Origin: Sphagnum compactum
Taxonomy: Eukaryota
Direction: 5' to 3'
Assembly: GCA_965153455.1 (NCBI GenBank)
Contig: OZ234493.1
Span: forward strand, 23,798,213-23,862,212
Length of the DNA: 64,000 nt
Shown here: positions 12,501 to 25,300 of the stretch, piece by piece
How positions within the stretch are numbered: the stretch's first letter is position 1
How the letters are laid out: each line of letters opens with the position of its first letter
Notes under the pieces: model-generated
The model's input: the letters and a program-made list of their open reading frames with translations, nothing else
The model's database searches: none
Told to the model about the DNA's origin: nothing
Made by a program: the position numbers and the translations under genes

Positions 12501-13639
12501 GATATTTTTTGCTAGTTCAACAATAAAGATTTATATTAACACATGATTTTTGTGCCAAAGACAATGTATTCACTTAATCTTCATGTTTATAAGGATTTTA
12601 TTACCCTTATTGTGCATTGTGCAATAATTGAACCAATTTGATAATTTCAATTTGTCTTTTTAGATTATAAGAGAAAAATGTATGGAACAACTTAAACACG
12701 TACTCAATTCTTGAAATCGAAGGCATATGTGACATGCTTTAAACAACAAGATTAGTACATTGGTTCATGCAATGGAATGGCTCATTATATGGATTCCTTC
12801 CATATAATGAGTTGAAAAATCATCTTTGATTTGTGTTGTTATATTTTGATTCCCTACCATACCAAAGATAGGGTAGAATAGCCCATGAGCGATCACTTAA
12901 GGGTTCTGTGACCTAGGGTTTAGTAATCGTGCATTCTTTCACAATGGTTTTCAAAGAACTTAAGTGAAGCATTAGTCTAAGCACTATTGACCATTTACAC
13001 AACTCAATTCTAATTAAAAATGAGATAATTTTGACACCCCAAAGTGGGTGTGGTCTCATTGTTTGAAAATAACCAAATAAAACACATGATGCTCCTATCT
13101 TTATGCAATTTACAACCTATGACCAAACACATTAAACTTTATGTAAGGATACCATTCATCTTATGAACACAATTAATTTAACTTAAATGGGTTTGAACAT
13201 TTTTTTATTGCCATTCAGATTTGAAAATTATTACAAAAAACAAAAAAATTCAAAAACTTTGCAAGGTTAGTTGTATAATGATGGGTGTGTTTAGGGTTTG
13301 AGATAAAAGGTCTTTTGAACAACATACTTAAAACACTAAAATAGATGATTGATGTGGTGCCACATGGGGCAATCTTGTGACATCTTACATCTCCCCCAAA
13401 CATTTCCCCCAAATCTCAGAAAGGGATGTTAAAATGATGGCGGCCGCATTTCTATGTTTCAATCCTCTCTTTCCCTATTTGTGTTTTTTTACCTTAGCAC
13501 TTTTGTGTTGCTTGTGATTGCAAGAACTCCACAATCACCATAGTTTTACTTTTGTACCATTATTTCTCCTTTTTTTTTTTTGCCTATTTCCTTCCAGCGT
13601 AACTTGTTTTGTTGTATAGTCATTTCACCATTGTTGCCA

Positions 13640-14480
13640 AAAGTGCTAGAACTCCTTGAGTTTACAACGTTGGGACAAGTCGAGAGGGTTCAAAAACAAC
13701 ATTGCTTTGGGTGTGTTTGTTTTTGGGCAACAACAAACACAAAGTGCATTGCCATCACATGAAGTTTGACAATAGTCGGGAAGGCGTGAGCTCTCTCGGC
13801 TCCTCTTTCTTTCCCCTTATTTGTGTGTTTTTCTTTTTGCATGTTTGTCCATTTGTCTTTCCATTGCCATTGTGCTTGTTTTGTTGTAGGAGCAAAGGCA
13901 AAATGTGAAGGTTGGTAACAATTAGGAAGGTTGGAGCTCTCCCAACTCCTCTTTCCTTTCCCCTTGTTTTCATGTTATTTGTGGTTTGTTTGTTTGTTTT
14001 GTTGTTGCCATCACAATGTTTGTGTTGTGTTATAGGAATGAAGGTGAAAGGTTCATGCTAACAATAGTCAAGAGAACGTTGGGAAAGCGCAAGCTCTCCT
14101 GGTTCTTTTTGTGCTTCCTTGGTCTGTTTGTTCGCGTCTCTGTCTGCATGCTTGTCACCATCACTATTGTTCTACAATTAGGAGGGCTCGAGCTTTCCTG
14201 GTTTTTTTTAAGCATCCCCAATCTATTTGTCTGTGTGTTTGTCGCCATTGCCATTGCTTTGCAATTAGGAAGGCCCAAACTTTCCCATCTTTTTCTGTTC
14301 ATTTTTGTGTTGTTGTTGTCATGTTTATAATGTTGATCATTCATGGATCAACATGCTAGTGCTCTATCCCCCATTAGCATCTCATTGCGGATGTTGTTAT
14401 TTACGTACGAAGGTGCATCATGCAAAAATCAACAACACTAAAGAGGGCCTGAGCTTCACAATAGTTGGGAACACCCAAGC
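13640..14480. repeat. Degenerate repeat array of a probable transposon relic
   Basis: Recurrent motif caa(t/c)..t.ggaagg..gagct(c/t)tcc..g.t.ct at ~13771, 13919, 14075, 14175 and 14262, separated by TG-rich spacers. Confidence 0.55.
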
Positions 14481-14504
14481 CCCACAATAGTAAAAAAGGT
14501 TTCA

Positions 14505-15247
14505 ATGCATTTCTCATTCTTTTTTGCCACCTTAAACCTCCATCATCGGACTCCTTTTGAATGCATGTTCTCTTTCTTATTTGCCATCCTTATCTTCCTT
14601 TGTCAAAGTCCTTTTGAATGCACCTTTGATTTCTGATGTCACCTTAAACCTCTTCTGCTAAAACCCTCCAAAGTATACCTTCCATTTCCACTTTGTCCTT
14701 AACCTCCTTTGGCAAAATCCTCCAAAGCGCACCCTCCATTTCCACTCTGTGACCTCAAACTTCCTCTGCCATAGTCCTCCAAAATGCACCTTCCATTTCC
14801 ACTTTGTCACCCTAAACCTTTTTTTGCAGAATCTTATAAAATGCATCCTCCATTTCCACTTTGTGACCTTAAACCTCTTTTGCCATAATCTTCCAGAATG
14901 CATCTTCCCTTTCCACTCTTGGCCTTAAACTTCCTTTGCCATAATCCTCTAGAATGCATCCTCCATTTCCAATATATGACCCTAAACCTCCTTTGCTATA
15001 ATCCTCCAAAGTGCACACTCCATTTCCACTTTGTCACCGTAAACGTCCTTTGCCATAGTCCTCTAGAATGCACCTTTCATTTTCATTTTATCACCTTAAA
15101 CCTTTTGTGTTAGAATCTTCTAGAATGCACCTTCCATTTCCACTCTATCACCTTAAACCTCCTCTATCATAGTCCTCTAGAGTGCACCTTCCATTTCCAT
15201 TATGTCACCCTAAACCTCCTTTGCCACAATCTTCTAGAGTGCACCTC
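14505..15247. repeat. 57-bp minisatellite, ~12 copies
   Basis: The tccatttcca anchor (or variant) is at 14681, 14735, 14792, 14849, 14906, 14962, 15019, 15076, 15133 and 15190, mostly 57-nt spacing. Consensus ~ccttccatttccactttgtcaccctaaacctcctttgccatagtcctctagaatgca. Confidence 0.95.
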
Positions 15248-15939
15248 GGAACTCAAATCAAAATATAGGGAGGAAAAAAGATCGAGAAGGTTTCAATACA
15301 CACTTACCGGTACCCCAGCCGAACGAACAACTCAAAGGATCATTGAAAAGGAGCAAAGAGCGAGGTTTAATCAAGCATGGGTTGTTATTACATTTAAAGC
15401 TACTGGTGAATGTTTCCACAACAATTTTAAAGCAAGATTTTGAGCCCATCCTATAGGCTATAAAGGGTTTAGCTTAGGAATCACATCTGCACAACAAAGA
15501 ATGGCAAGGATGCGACTTGTTGGACATGTCCCAACCAAGTTGCAACTCTTTTCTCAATAAGAATAAAGGAAGGGGTAAGGGTTTGGGATTTAGGGTCTAG
15601 GGTTCTAAACTATGATCATGATGGGTTTAAGGTGCATTAGTGTGTTTGGAAGGGGAGAAACAAAAAAAACATGAATCAAATTGTTTACAGATGGCAATGC
15701 AGAAAAAGAGTAGAGGTAAAGGAAAGAATAATGTTTACATGTGGTTATGGGTTTAGGGTTTAAAATATAGAGGCAAAGGGAAAGAAATGTTTATAGAATT
15801 GGGAAAGATTAAAAGAAAATGAAGTGAAATTGAGTGGCAATGGAAACTTAGGGTGGCAAAAAAGAAAAAAATGGCGCATTCAATTTGAAAGATGATAATT
15901 TTGGCTTGTGTTCAAACTTGAGATTAGTTATATAGAGTT

Positions 15940-16092
15940 ATGATATTCTTGAAGGATTTTTGGTTTCTTTCAAAGGATTTTTTTTGAAGATTATATTTTT
16001 GCATGGTGAAATATTTAAGTTTCCATATAATTCTTCTTCTTTTGCCTTACCATACTTTTTTAAATTGTAAATGGCAAGGCCACAATGTGACT
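15940..16092 (+). repeat. Dispersed repeat A, copy 1 (copy 2 at ~56870-57030)
   Basis: Shared blocks ttgaaggatttt, gaagattatat..ttttgcatggtgaaatat, aattcttctt and tgtaaatggcaaggcc.caatgtgac. Confidence 0.8.
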
Positions 16093-16694
16093 GACACACC
16101 ACTTTGTTTTAACTTTCATATATCTTTTGGTAGCCAAAAAATTTGACTAAATCTTCGTATGGATGGGTGATCGTTGCTTCAGCTACATAATCTTCCGCCG
16201 TAAGAATTTTACAAAATTACTTTACCTAGGGAACACTTTGACATGTGACGGTTAGGATTTCCAAAACTTTTTACACAATCATGTAATAATTAACTAAAAA
16301 TTCGAAAAAAACATAAATAATATAATTAGTGTCGAATTGGCCAAAGTACTATGGTATTGACTACTGGGTGTTTGCACATTACGGTGACCTTATATGGATG
16401 TCGCAATGCTAATTTTTCTTGTATTCCCTAGATACAAGAAAATAAATAAAATAAAAATCATCGAAATAATAATAAAAAGGGACTCACTTATTAAAAGCTA
16501 TCATAATCAACCTTCCAAGAATGAAAAAATCAAATCAAAATTGTGGATAGCCAATAAGTAATGGACTTTTGAATTTTTCCGACATATTTTTGTCACACCC
16601 ATGGATATGGATTTTTATCTTACAATGTGTTAGTCTTTTGTGTTTGAAACTTTGGGATATTGGATGAATCATGTTTAAGAAAGTAAAGATCCAT

Positions 16695-16940
16695 TGAATG
16701 AATGGAATGTGATTTTAATTTATTATGTTATGAACTTTTTAAAATCCCCAAAATTGTAATTATTTTAAAAGCCTTTTTAAGCATTTAAAAATAAATAAAT
16801 AAATAAATATATTGATATTTTGATATGTCTTATAGCATTCATGATTTGAAATTGAAAATGGGAAAAAATGTTACTTTCAATATCGTCTAAATATTCATAT
16901 TTTAAGCCAGTTTTCAATTACATTAGAAAAGGAGTTTGAA
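16695..16940 (+). repeat. Dispersed repeat B, copy 1 (copy 2 at ~46290-46520)
   Basis: Shared blocks aatgaatggaat.tgat, gttatg.actttt.aaa..cc.aaaattg.aat, ttatagcat, catatttta and aattacattagaaaagg. Confidence 0.75.
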
Positions 16941-17572
16941 AACAGATTCTAATTTGTCAAAATTGTGACACCCTGGTGTATTTTTGCCCTATTGAACAAT
17001 TTTTTCAAGAAATATTCAACAAATCAAAATTACATGTTTTTTAGGAAATTGGGGTGAACTTTTGGTCTTGTTGAATGCCCTTGATGAATGAGATTTTTTG
17101 GAGTTTATTTCATTTTTTTTAAACTTAAAGGGAAGAAATATTAAATTTCAAATAATTTTTCTCACTAGAATTTTATTTTATTTTATCTTTTTCACAACTC
17201 AATTTTAATATCAAGATTTTATTCACACTTTGGCCAATAAGGTGGACCACACTAATTTTAACTAGATTATAAACCAAATACTTCTCAAGGGTTAACATTT
17301 TCATTAGCTTCATCATTGTGAAAAATGATCCTTTACACCCAAATGTTAAAGAAAATAATGAAAATTTGAAGAACATCTAAGTTTGAACATTTAGTTTAAA
17401 AACCAACGCAACAATAAATCCTCAAACAATTTCAACCAAACCAATAATCAATAAGACATAAATGCAAGTGAATTTTCAAAGAGAAGAGAAAACAATTTTT
17501 TTAAAAATTGTGTCTAGCAATAACATTGCCCCTCCATTCAACTTTGCATTCAAGAAACATAATATCATATCA

Positions 17573-18000
17573 TCTATTTATGAAGGAAGGTAGTTTGTGT
17601 GTTTTTTTTCTTTGTCACCTTGAGATCTCCCAAACCATGACATATCTTGCCATGCTCTTGATACCATTGGAAAACCGTAAGTGAGCAGGGGTGCACCAAG
17701 TTAATTTCATAATGTTTTGATCCATGGTGGAAAAGTTATTGAATATTGACCAATTGTTTAATTGGAAAATCATTTAAATAAAAAACTAGGAGTTTGGGTG
17801 CACTCTTGGTATTGTTGGAAAGTCCTTGATGAGTTGGATTTAACAAAGGTGATTTGGAAATTTTAGATTGAAGGTGTGGGAGATATTGAATTTTAAGTAA
17901 TTTTTGTCATTGGAAATTCAATTAATTACAAAAACATGATTTTGGAAAAAATAAAAAATTTGGTAACCAATTCAGACTTGGGCCAACGGCACATGCTATT
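17573..18000 (+). mobile_element. Non-autonomous Helitron-like repeat, copy 1
   Basis: Begins a|TCTATTTATGAAGGAAGGT, aligns over ~430 bp with 19551-19988, and ends in a hairpin-like acttgggccaacggcacatgc. A 3'-half relic also lies at ~17045-17255. Confidence 0.6.
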
Positions 18001-19550
18001 GTTACATTTAATTGAACAAAAAAATTTGTGAATGCACCCCAAACTCTTCCTCCCAACTTTGTTAACCATGACTTGCCATAACTACTTAAATCTTGCATTC
18101 TTTTCTCATATTTCTCTCTTCAAACAAAGCAATGAATGCTAGCCAACATTTTTTTTTTAAAAAGGCAAAATAAAATTTAAAAAATGTGGCACATTTAACA
18201 ATTGTGCAAATGACAATGTATAGAAAGATATGTTATTAGGTTGTGAAATGGCAAAAAATGTTGGCAATGAAAGGCTAGAGCTTGGTGAACGGAAGGAAAA
18301 GATTGATAAAAAAGGAGACAAACCCTTGATCTAATTGCCATGATGTTGCAAACATGGAGATGAGCATCCAATCAAGTCCAAGAGGTAGTGGTGAACCAAT
18401 ACATCACAATTTGCCAACTTTGGCCATCAATGTTAAGCAAGGGGGTGCAATGTGGTGAAAGTTGACATTTCACATTCCAATTGTATTAAGTAAAATGGGT
18501 TTCGATGACCCATTTTACTTTCACAATGTAACTATATTTTGCTATTAGAAAAGAAATGGATTTCTACTATTTTTGATTGATTTTAAAGCTTTCTTTTGTT
18601 GAGATTTGGTGGCCACCATTACACTATGTAACATAAAAATGTTCAATCCCATATCAAATGGTGCTATTTTTTTCCCTAATCTTTCCGATATGGTCAAATT
18701 TTCACAATTACATTGTAGTTCTTGTTTTTGACAATGTCCCTTTATTATATAATAATGTCAATTTAGAAAAAAAATTTATTTTTTTAGTACACATGCATGT
18801 ATTTTAATGTGTGGCTTGAATCTTGAATGCAAAAGGATATTTGTACATTTGAATTTAAGGAAACAATATGGTGTCATTTATTTCTATTTTGTTCTAGTAT
18901 AACTCATTCTATCATATTAGGCCTTCACATATGTCTAGGTACTCTATGATAAATACCTTTGATTTTTCTTGTTTGGTAGATTGCTTGTAGAAAGCTTTTG
19001 CTACATTAAAATTCGTTGTAGCATTGTCAAGTATTGCTCTTTCAACATGAATGTGCGTCACAATTGATTTAAATTAAAGCTTATGATGTTGGTATGAGTG
19101 GCTATTTCTCATTAATTCTCAATGTGGGCTTCAAAGGTTAATTATATGAAGTTGAACTAATTAATAAATAGATATACACACTAAAATGGTTTCACTAGTT
19201 TGAAACATTCTATGTTATGTTTGACACTACCCCAACATTGCCTTTTAACATGTTAAAACATTGTTTAACATTATTCTAGCAATCTGATCAATATTTTAAT
19301 CTTAGCATAACATTCTTGAAACGATATTGATTTTTTAGTATTTCACAATTCTTTCAACATGCTTAGCATGTTAGAGAAGAAGTTTGGATTTTATTCCTAA
19401 CATGTTAAATTGACCCAAGGAAACTCAAATTTAAAAGGAAATTTTAACATTTATCAAACTTGTTGGTATTGCTCAATAAGCTCAAAAGAAAATTGCATTG
19501 AGTGAATAAACAAACCCATTAGTTGGAGTTTTAGACTTTGCTACCTTAAA

Positions 19551-19988
19551 TCTATCTATGAAGGAAGGTTGTTTGTTTGTTTTGTTTGTCACATTGAGAT
19601 CTCTATGATGCCTCTTGTCACACTTTTCAAATCATTGGAAAGCCCTTGATGATTTCAAATGCAACGAGTTGATTTCATAATGTTTCAACTTACGATGGAG
19701 AAGTTAGTGAATATTGAATAAAATTTCCACTAAAAATTCATTTAAATCAAAACTAAAAAATTATGGAAAAATTTGAGCATGTTCTTAATATTTTTTGAAA
19801 CCCCTCATTGAGTAGGATTTAATGAAGGATATTTGGAAAAAAATAAATAGACTTAAGGTGTAAGAAATATTGAATATTGAATTTTTTTGTCAATGAAAAT
19901 TCAATTAAATTGCTGAAAAAAAAATTTGAAAGGAAAAATTAGTTGGGCAACCAATTCACGCTTGGGTCAATGGCACAAGCTACACTAC
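19551..19988 (+). mobile_element. Non-autonomous Helitron-like repeat, copy 2
   Basis: 5' a|TCTATCTATGAAGGAAGG; 3' hairpin GCTTGGGTC-AAT-GGCACAAGC followed by tacaCTAC (degenerate CTRR end). No TIR or TSD seen. Confidence 0.6.
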
Positions 19989-20454
19989 ATAGCTTTATAA
20001 TATATTTGATTTCCATTTTCCAAAAAATTATCAAATGTAATATAGTCCAAGAAATGATTTTTGTGAATGTCATTCTATTAATAAAAAATTATTTAATGAA
20101 CATGTGGTTCAATATATCCACCAATTCATTAATATTCAAAAAATAATTATTAAACTTAGTTTAAAACCATTTTACTTTATTTCTATAGTTGAATGGTTTC
20201 TCTATTATTTTTTTAAAGGTTAATTTTATCTCATTCAAAGGTCACAAGAAAACTCATTCCTCACCCCCAACCTCACAACATTGTTGTTCTACAGCTTCAA
20301 GCATCCCCAAAGTAGAAGAAGGGTAATATTCATCCATTATTCATCCATTCATAGAAGGGTAAGTAGAAGAATATTCATCCATTATCCATTATTGTAAGAA
20401 TCTTCATCCATTATTCATCCTTTGGCCCATCTATATAGTTGAAGAGGAGGACAA

Positions 20455-20745
20455 TATTTGCCCAAAGCATATGGGATAAGAAAGCAAGTGCTATTGGGAA
20501 CGGGTTAAGGAACATAGCAAGAACATGGGGAACAAATTGGGGAATGTGATGGGAACCCATTTGGAACTTGATGAGAACACATTGGGAACGAGAGAAAATG
20601 GCCCAAAAAAAAAAAACTCTCCCCTAGCTGCCTCTTCCACCCCACCCCAACCCAAAAGGAAAAAAATCGAGGCATCTTGAGGGGCTATTGGGAACACATT
20701 AGGAACACATTGAGAACTTGATGGGAACACATTGGGAACAGAAAA
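20455..20745. repeat. GGGAACAC-rich degenerate repeat, probable non-autonomous element
   Basis: Repeated ttgggaac(a/c)catt motifs in two blocks, ~20490-20590 and ~20685-20740. Confidence 0.6.
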
Positions 20746-22393
20746 AAAAAGAAAACAAGATTGTAATTTCTCGCCCCAAGAAAAAGTGCGATTTTGTTTT
20801 TCCAATTAAATTTATATATTTATTTCTCAGTTCTCTTCTTCATTGGGAAACTGGGTACCTAGTAGGTACTACCTACTACCTACTACATGCTACTACACAA
20901 GTAGGTGCCTAGAAGCTAGGGCCTAAGCTTCCTGCGAACTTTCTTTCGGCGCAGCCGGACATCCGTACAGTACGTGCCGTACTAACTCTTTGGAAAACCG
21001 AAAAAAAAAGAAAATAATTTTTATAAAAATACGTACTGCAAAAATATACGTATTTTAACCCACAAAATTAGGTGTAAAGTAAAATGTCTTCGACTACACA
21101 CAAGATTATATTGCCTAATAGTAAATAGCAAAAGAGATCTTTACGATTTTGTAATAAAAAAATTCTACAGTTCATAACAAGATAACAAAGAGGATGAATG
21201 ATTGGATGGAACTACTTTTATCACATCCATTTTCCAGCAATGAAAATTTCATTCTTATAATTCCTTTTTGTCTTTCCCTTGGGAAAAAAAAATTAAAAAA
21301 AAAAATTATTCTAACATCCACCAAAACCGGACGAGGGTTAACCTAAGGACCAGGGTGGTGAAATAATAGCTAACTTAGGAGTCCACTAATACAGCAGAGT
21401 GTGCGTCAGCTAATCACTATATTTAGCCGGACCGCTGGCTGCTTCCACCCTGGTAACGACTATTTTTAGCCGAGGGACGCTTTACTTACTCCACGGCTTT
21501 CCCCAGTTTAGTAACTTGCTTGGCTGCCGAAAGTCATTCCGCAATTAATTGCTTGACTCACTGCAGGTGAGACTCACTTTTGCCCTAATTGCGGGTCCAA
21601 AAAACAATTTGTTTATTCTGGGATATGAAATTTCTTTACCAACCTTAGTAGTATAGCCAGGTATAGCCAGCCTAGTATTATATAAAAGTATTAATAAAAA
21701 GACCCCCCCCCCAAAAAAAATCAGTCTTTGTTTAACTGGTGGTAGGTATTTATTAGAATATATTTTATCTTTTTTAGATTTATTATCTTCTCCCCCCCCT
21801 TATGAAAATCAGGGGTTTTTATTGGAAAAAATAGTGATCTGATAAAGTTGGGGCAAGTTTTTTTTTTTTCTTTTTTTCCAAAAATTAAAAAAGTTTGTCA
21901 AATTTTTTACAGTCGAAATGCACATTGATTGATCCCCCCAAAAATCCCAAATTTTCTTACAAAAGATGGGGAAAATTTTGTCCCATAAAACACTAATTAA
22001 AAAAGCCTAAGGAAAAAAAAGAAAAATGGGCGGAGCGCAGCTGCCCGACGGACGACGACATGCGCGCGTGGCGACGTCGTTCGTTCCTTCGCGACGTCTT
22101 CCTTTCAGCTCGCAGTCTCGCGGGAGCGGCGCACTGCGAGGTGCATTTGCAGGGAAATTTTCTTCGTGATTTGAGGACACCATGCGGGCGGGCGCCTCTT
22201 CTGTCGCGTCCTCCTCGTTTTTCTCATACATTTTTATTATTGTTTTCTTGTCTGGACTGAGACTCGGGAGAAGCAGCTAGTTTCTCAAGGGGGCTGGCTG
22301 CAGTAGTGTGGTAGCTTGTGGAATTTTTTTGCTTCTAGCTTAGTACCAAGAAGAAGAAGAAGAAGAAGAAGAGGCGGAGGGGCTGGATTCGGC

Positions 22394-25300
22394 ATGATTT
22401 CGAGGATGGAAACTAGGATTGTTGGTGGACTCTCGAACATGTGGCTGCTTTTAGTTGTCTTTTCTACTATAGTATCCTTTATGATCGGTTGCGCCAATGC
22501 AGATACTAGTCGGCCTGCATTGAGTTTGGAGATTATGCACAAGTTTTCCGATAAGGCAAGGGAAGTTTTGAGGGCCAGGAATAGTAGAGAGGAGGAGGAG
22601 GATGTCGCGAACTGGCCTGCTCACGGAAGCATGGAGTATTATGAGATGTTGAGATATCATGACATTATTCGTCATGGTTCGCGCCTTCTCGTTGATGCCA
22701 GTTCGACTTCGCAGTATTTTTTCGCGCCAGGGAACCTCACTCTGCAGCTATTCGGAGGGTGAGAAGCCTTTTTTTTCTTCTCGTTTTTGCCCCCGTCTCC
22801 TCCCCCCTTCTTATTAGCAGATTTGTTTGACAGACGCTAAGTTTTGTTTCCGAGCAATAGGAAACATGCATTTTACAGTACTGCTGCACTCTTGAATCTG
22901 AGTTCTTTGCGCCCAGTTTCTTTTAGTACGAGGAGATCAGGAAACACGTTCAGACATCATGGAACTTATTATTGTATGCAATGTGGTGAATGCCCTGCCT
23001 GGATCCGGCCTTCCTCTTCTTCCTCCTCTTTCCTGCCTTGATGTACGCGTGCAATCTAAACACCTGTACGAGATTTCAAGGAAATTCTAAGATGACATCA
23101 GGATCGGAATCCGAGGAGTCCGTAACCACGAAGATGGCAATGCACAATTTGTTTGTTCGTTTTTTTGTTTCCGGATTTTGAACTTGCGATGACGGGCAGT
23201 GCGTGAGCAAGTGGCAGGTTGCATTACGCGTTCATAGATCTAGGCACTCCGAAAACGCAATTTCTGGTAGCGTTGGATACAGGGAGCGACTTGCTGTGGA
23301 TTCCATGCGAGTGCCAACAATGTGCTCCTCTATCTGCACCGAGTTCCATCCCCGCGACCGTAATTTATCTCATCCTCTTCCGACCTCTCAGACTGCTTCA
23401 AGATTTTTCTTTTTCTTCTTCTCCGCGGCGCATGAACAGAAAAAAAATCTTGTGCAGCTGCTTTCTCTTTCGAATATATAACAAGTTCTCAAAAATCGCA
23501 ATCAAGAACGCCGTAACTGGAATTCCCTTAAGGAATCTCTTGAATATCAAATCCTTGAGCATCCTTGAGGAGTCTCCTCTGGTATGTACTAGTGTATAGA
23601 TCTGCGCATGATATCAGCTTCCCTGAGTGCTTTGTTGTTGTTGTTGTACAGAGTCATCTGGTGGAGTATTCACCAACCTCATCGTCAACTTCCAAGCCTG
23701 TGTCGTGCAGCGATGCTCTGTGCGACAGTGCAGTCAGCGATGGACAATGCACAGCAAAGACTGATCAGTGCGGGTATCAGATCAATTACGTGTCTGCTAA
23801 CACGTCCACCACTGGCTTTCTCTTCAGCGATCAGATGTGGTTCGACTCCGAGAGCGGAAGTCCTGTTATCAGCACTGCCGTTACTTTTGGGTAAGGCTAT
23901 ACTTGAGAGGAAACAGAGTGAATGTGTTTGACCATGCAGCAACTCTGTGGGTTGCAGAGAATTCATAACAAGTGCATTGTTCGTTTGGCCTCCAGGGTTT
24001 CCTCTCCAGCATAATGTGTCCCAGACTGAATAACTCAGAGCTGCAATGTTGCACAATCTTTCTGCAGCTCACATGGTTTTCAACAGATTTGTTCCTGAAC
24101 AAGATGAAACATATAATTGATTGATTGATTGATGTGGAGGTGCTATTGGCTTGAGGAAGCGGAGAGTGTTTGTTTACATTGGGTGGTAGATGATTTGGTG
24201 CAGATGTGCAAGTGTTCAAACAGGGGCATTCTTGCAAGGCGCGGCTCCAGATGGGTTGCTAGGGTTGGGTATGTTGCCAATCTCTGTGCCGAGCACACTG
24301 GCGAGTTCTAAAACCTTAGATGTGGCAGATTCCTTCTCCTTTTGCACTAGCAGTGACAGTCAAGGCTCAGGCCGTATTGTGTTTGGTGACCTGGGCCCAT
24401 CCACTCAACAGACCACACCCATCTCCAAAGCTACTCCTGGTACATTGTAAGTCTTCCCACAGTAAGCAACTTTTGCAATTGTAGCTTGTTTTTTGAGGTT
24501 CTGTTTCTTGAATGTTTGTTTGTTTATGCATCCCAGAGTACATGAATGTACATCTTGGAAACTTGTTGCTCACATGAGGTTTCGCCAGTTCTCATGACTC
24601 CTGGGACATCTATTTACCTGAGAGAACCACAGCCCTTTCATATGTGTGAAACAGTTTTGAATATACTGTGACTACGTAGGATCTATCAAGCTTTCTGAAC
24701 AAATCAATGATAGATATGCATGATAAGATATAAAGGCCATGTCTTGAGAGCTTCATTTGTGGTCTTGGGGGGAACAGTCAAACATATTTTGTGACAGTGG
24801 CATCATTTCTGGTGGGGCAATCAAAGATTCCAATGGGATCAGATGTTCTCTTTGACACGGGAACATCCTATACATATTTGGCCTCATCAACATACAGCTC
24901 AGTGCTGCAAGCTGTGAGTCCTCTCTAATGTGATTGTGCATGCTTACTTTTATCTCAAACACATCTCCCATGCTTAATAGGAATGCACAAGTTGAAAAAC
25001 ATGGGTAGGTTAAGCTGCCAGTAGGATCTTGTGTAGGTGACAAGATTGCTTTACAGCATGCTGGGCGCATAATTTAATGACATGGAGTCCTAAAAATGTT
25101 CTTATCATGGGACAACTTGGGGACAACTGGTTGTCTCTCAATGTTGCAAACTTTGGAAGTGCATGCAGAATTATGATATCTGAGTTCAAATTATGCTTAA
25201 ATCCTTCTGATAGTGCAGCATTAAGAATTGCCTGAACTAACAGCTGGATAAAAACCTGGGTGTTGACATCTTCTCTTCTACTACAGATTGAGCTATTTTA

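Noticed and set aside
13986..14490. Overlapping hydrophobic and Asn/Lys-rich ORFs on both strands
   Set aside because: Products of TG-rich repeat composition; no recognisable domain or splice structure.
14505..15247. Possible CRISPR-like array
   Set aside because: Units are similar along their whole length with no unique spacers, there are no cas genes, and the context is a plant nuclear genome.
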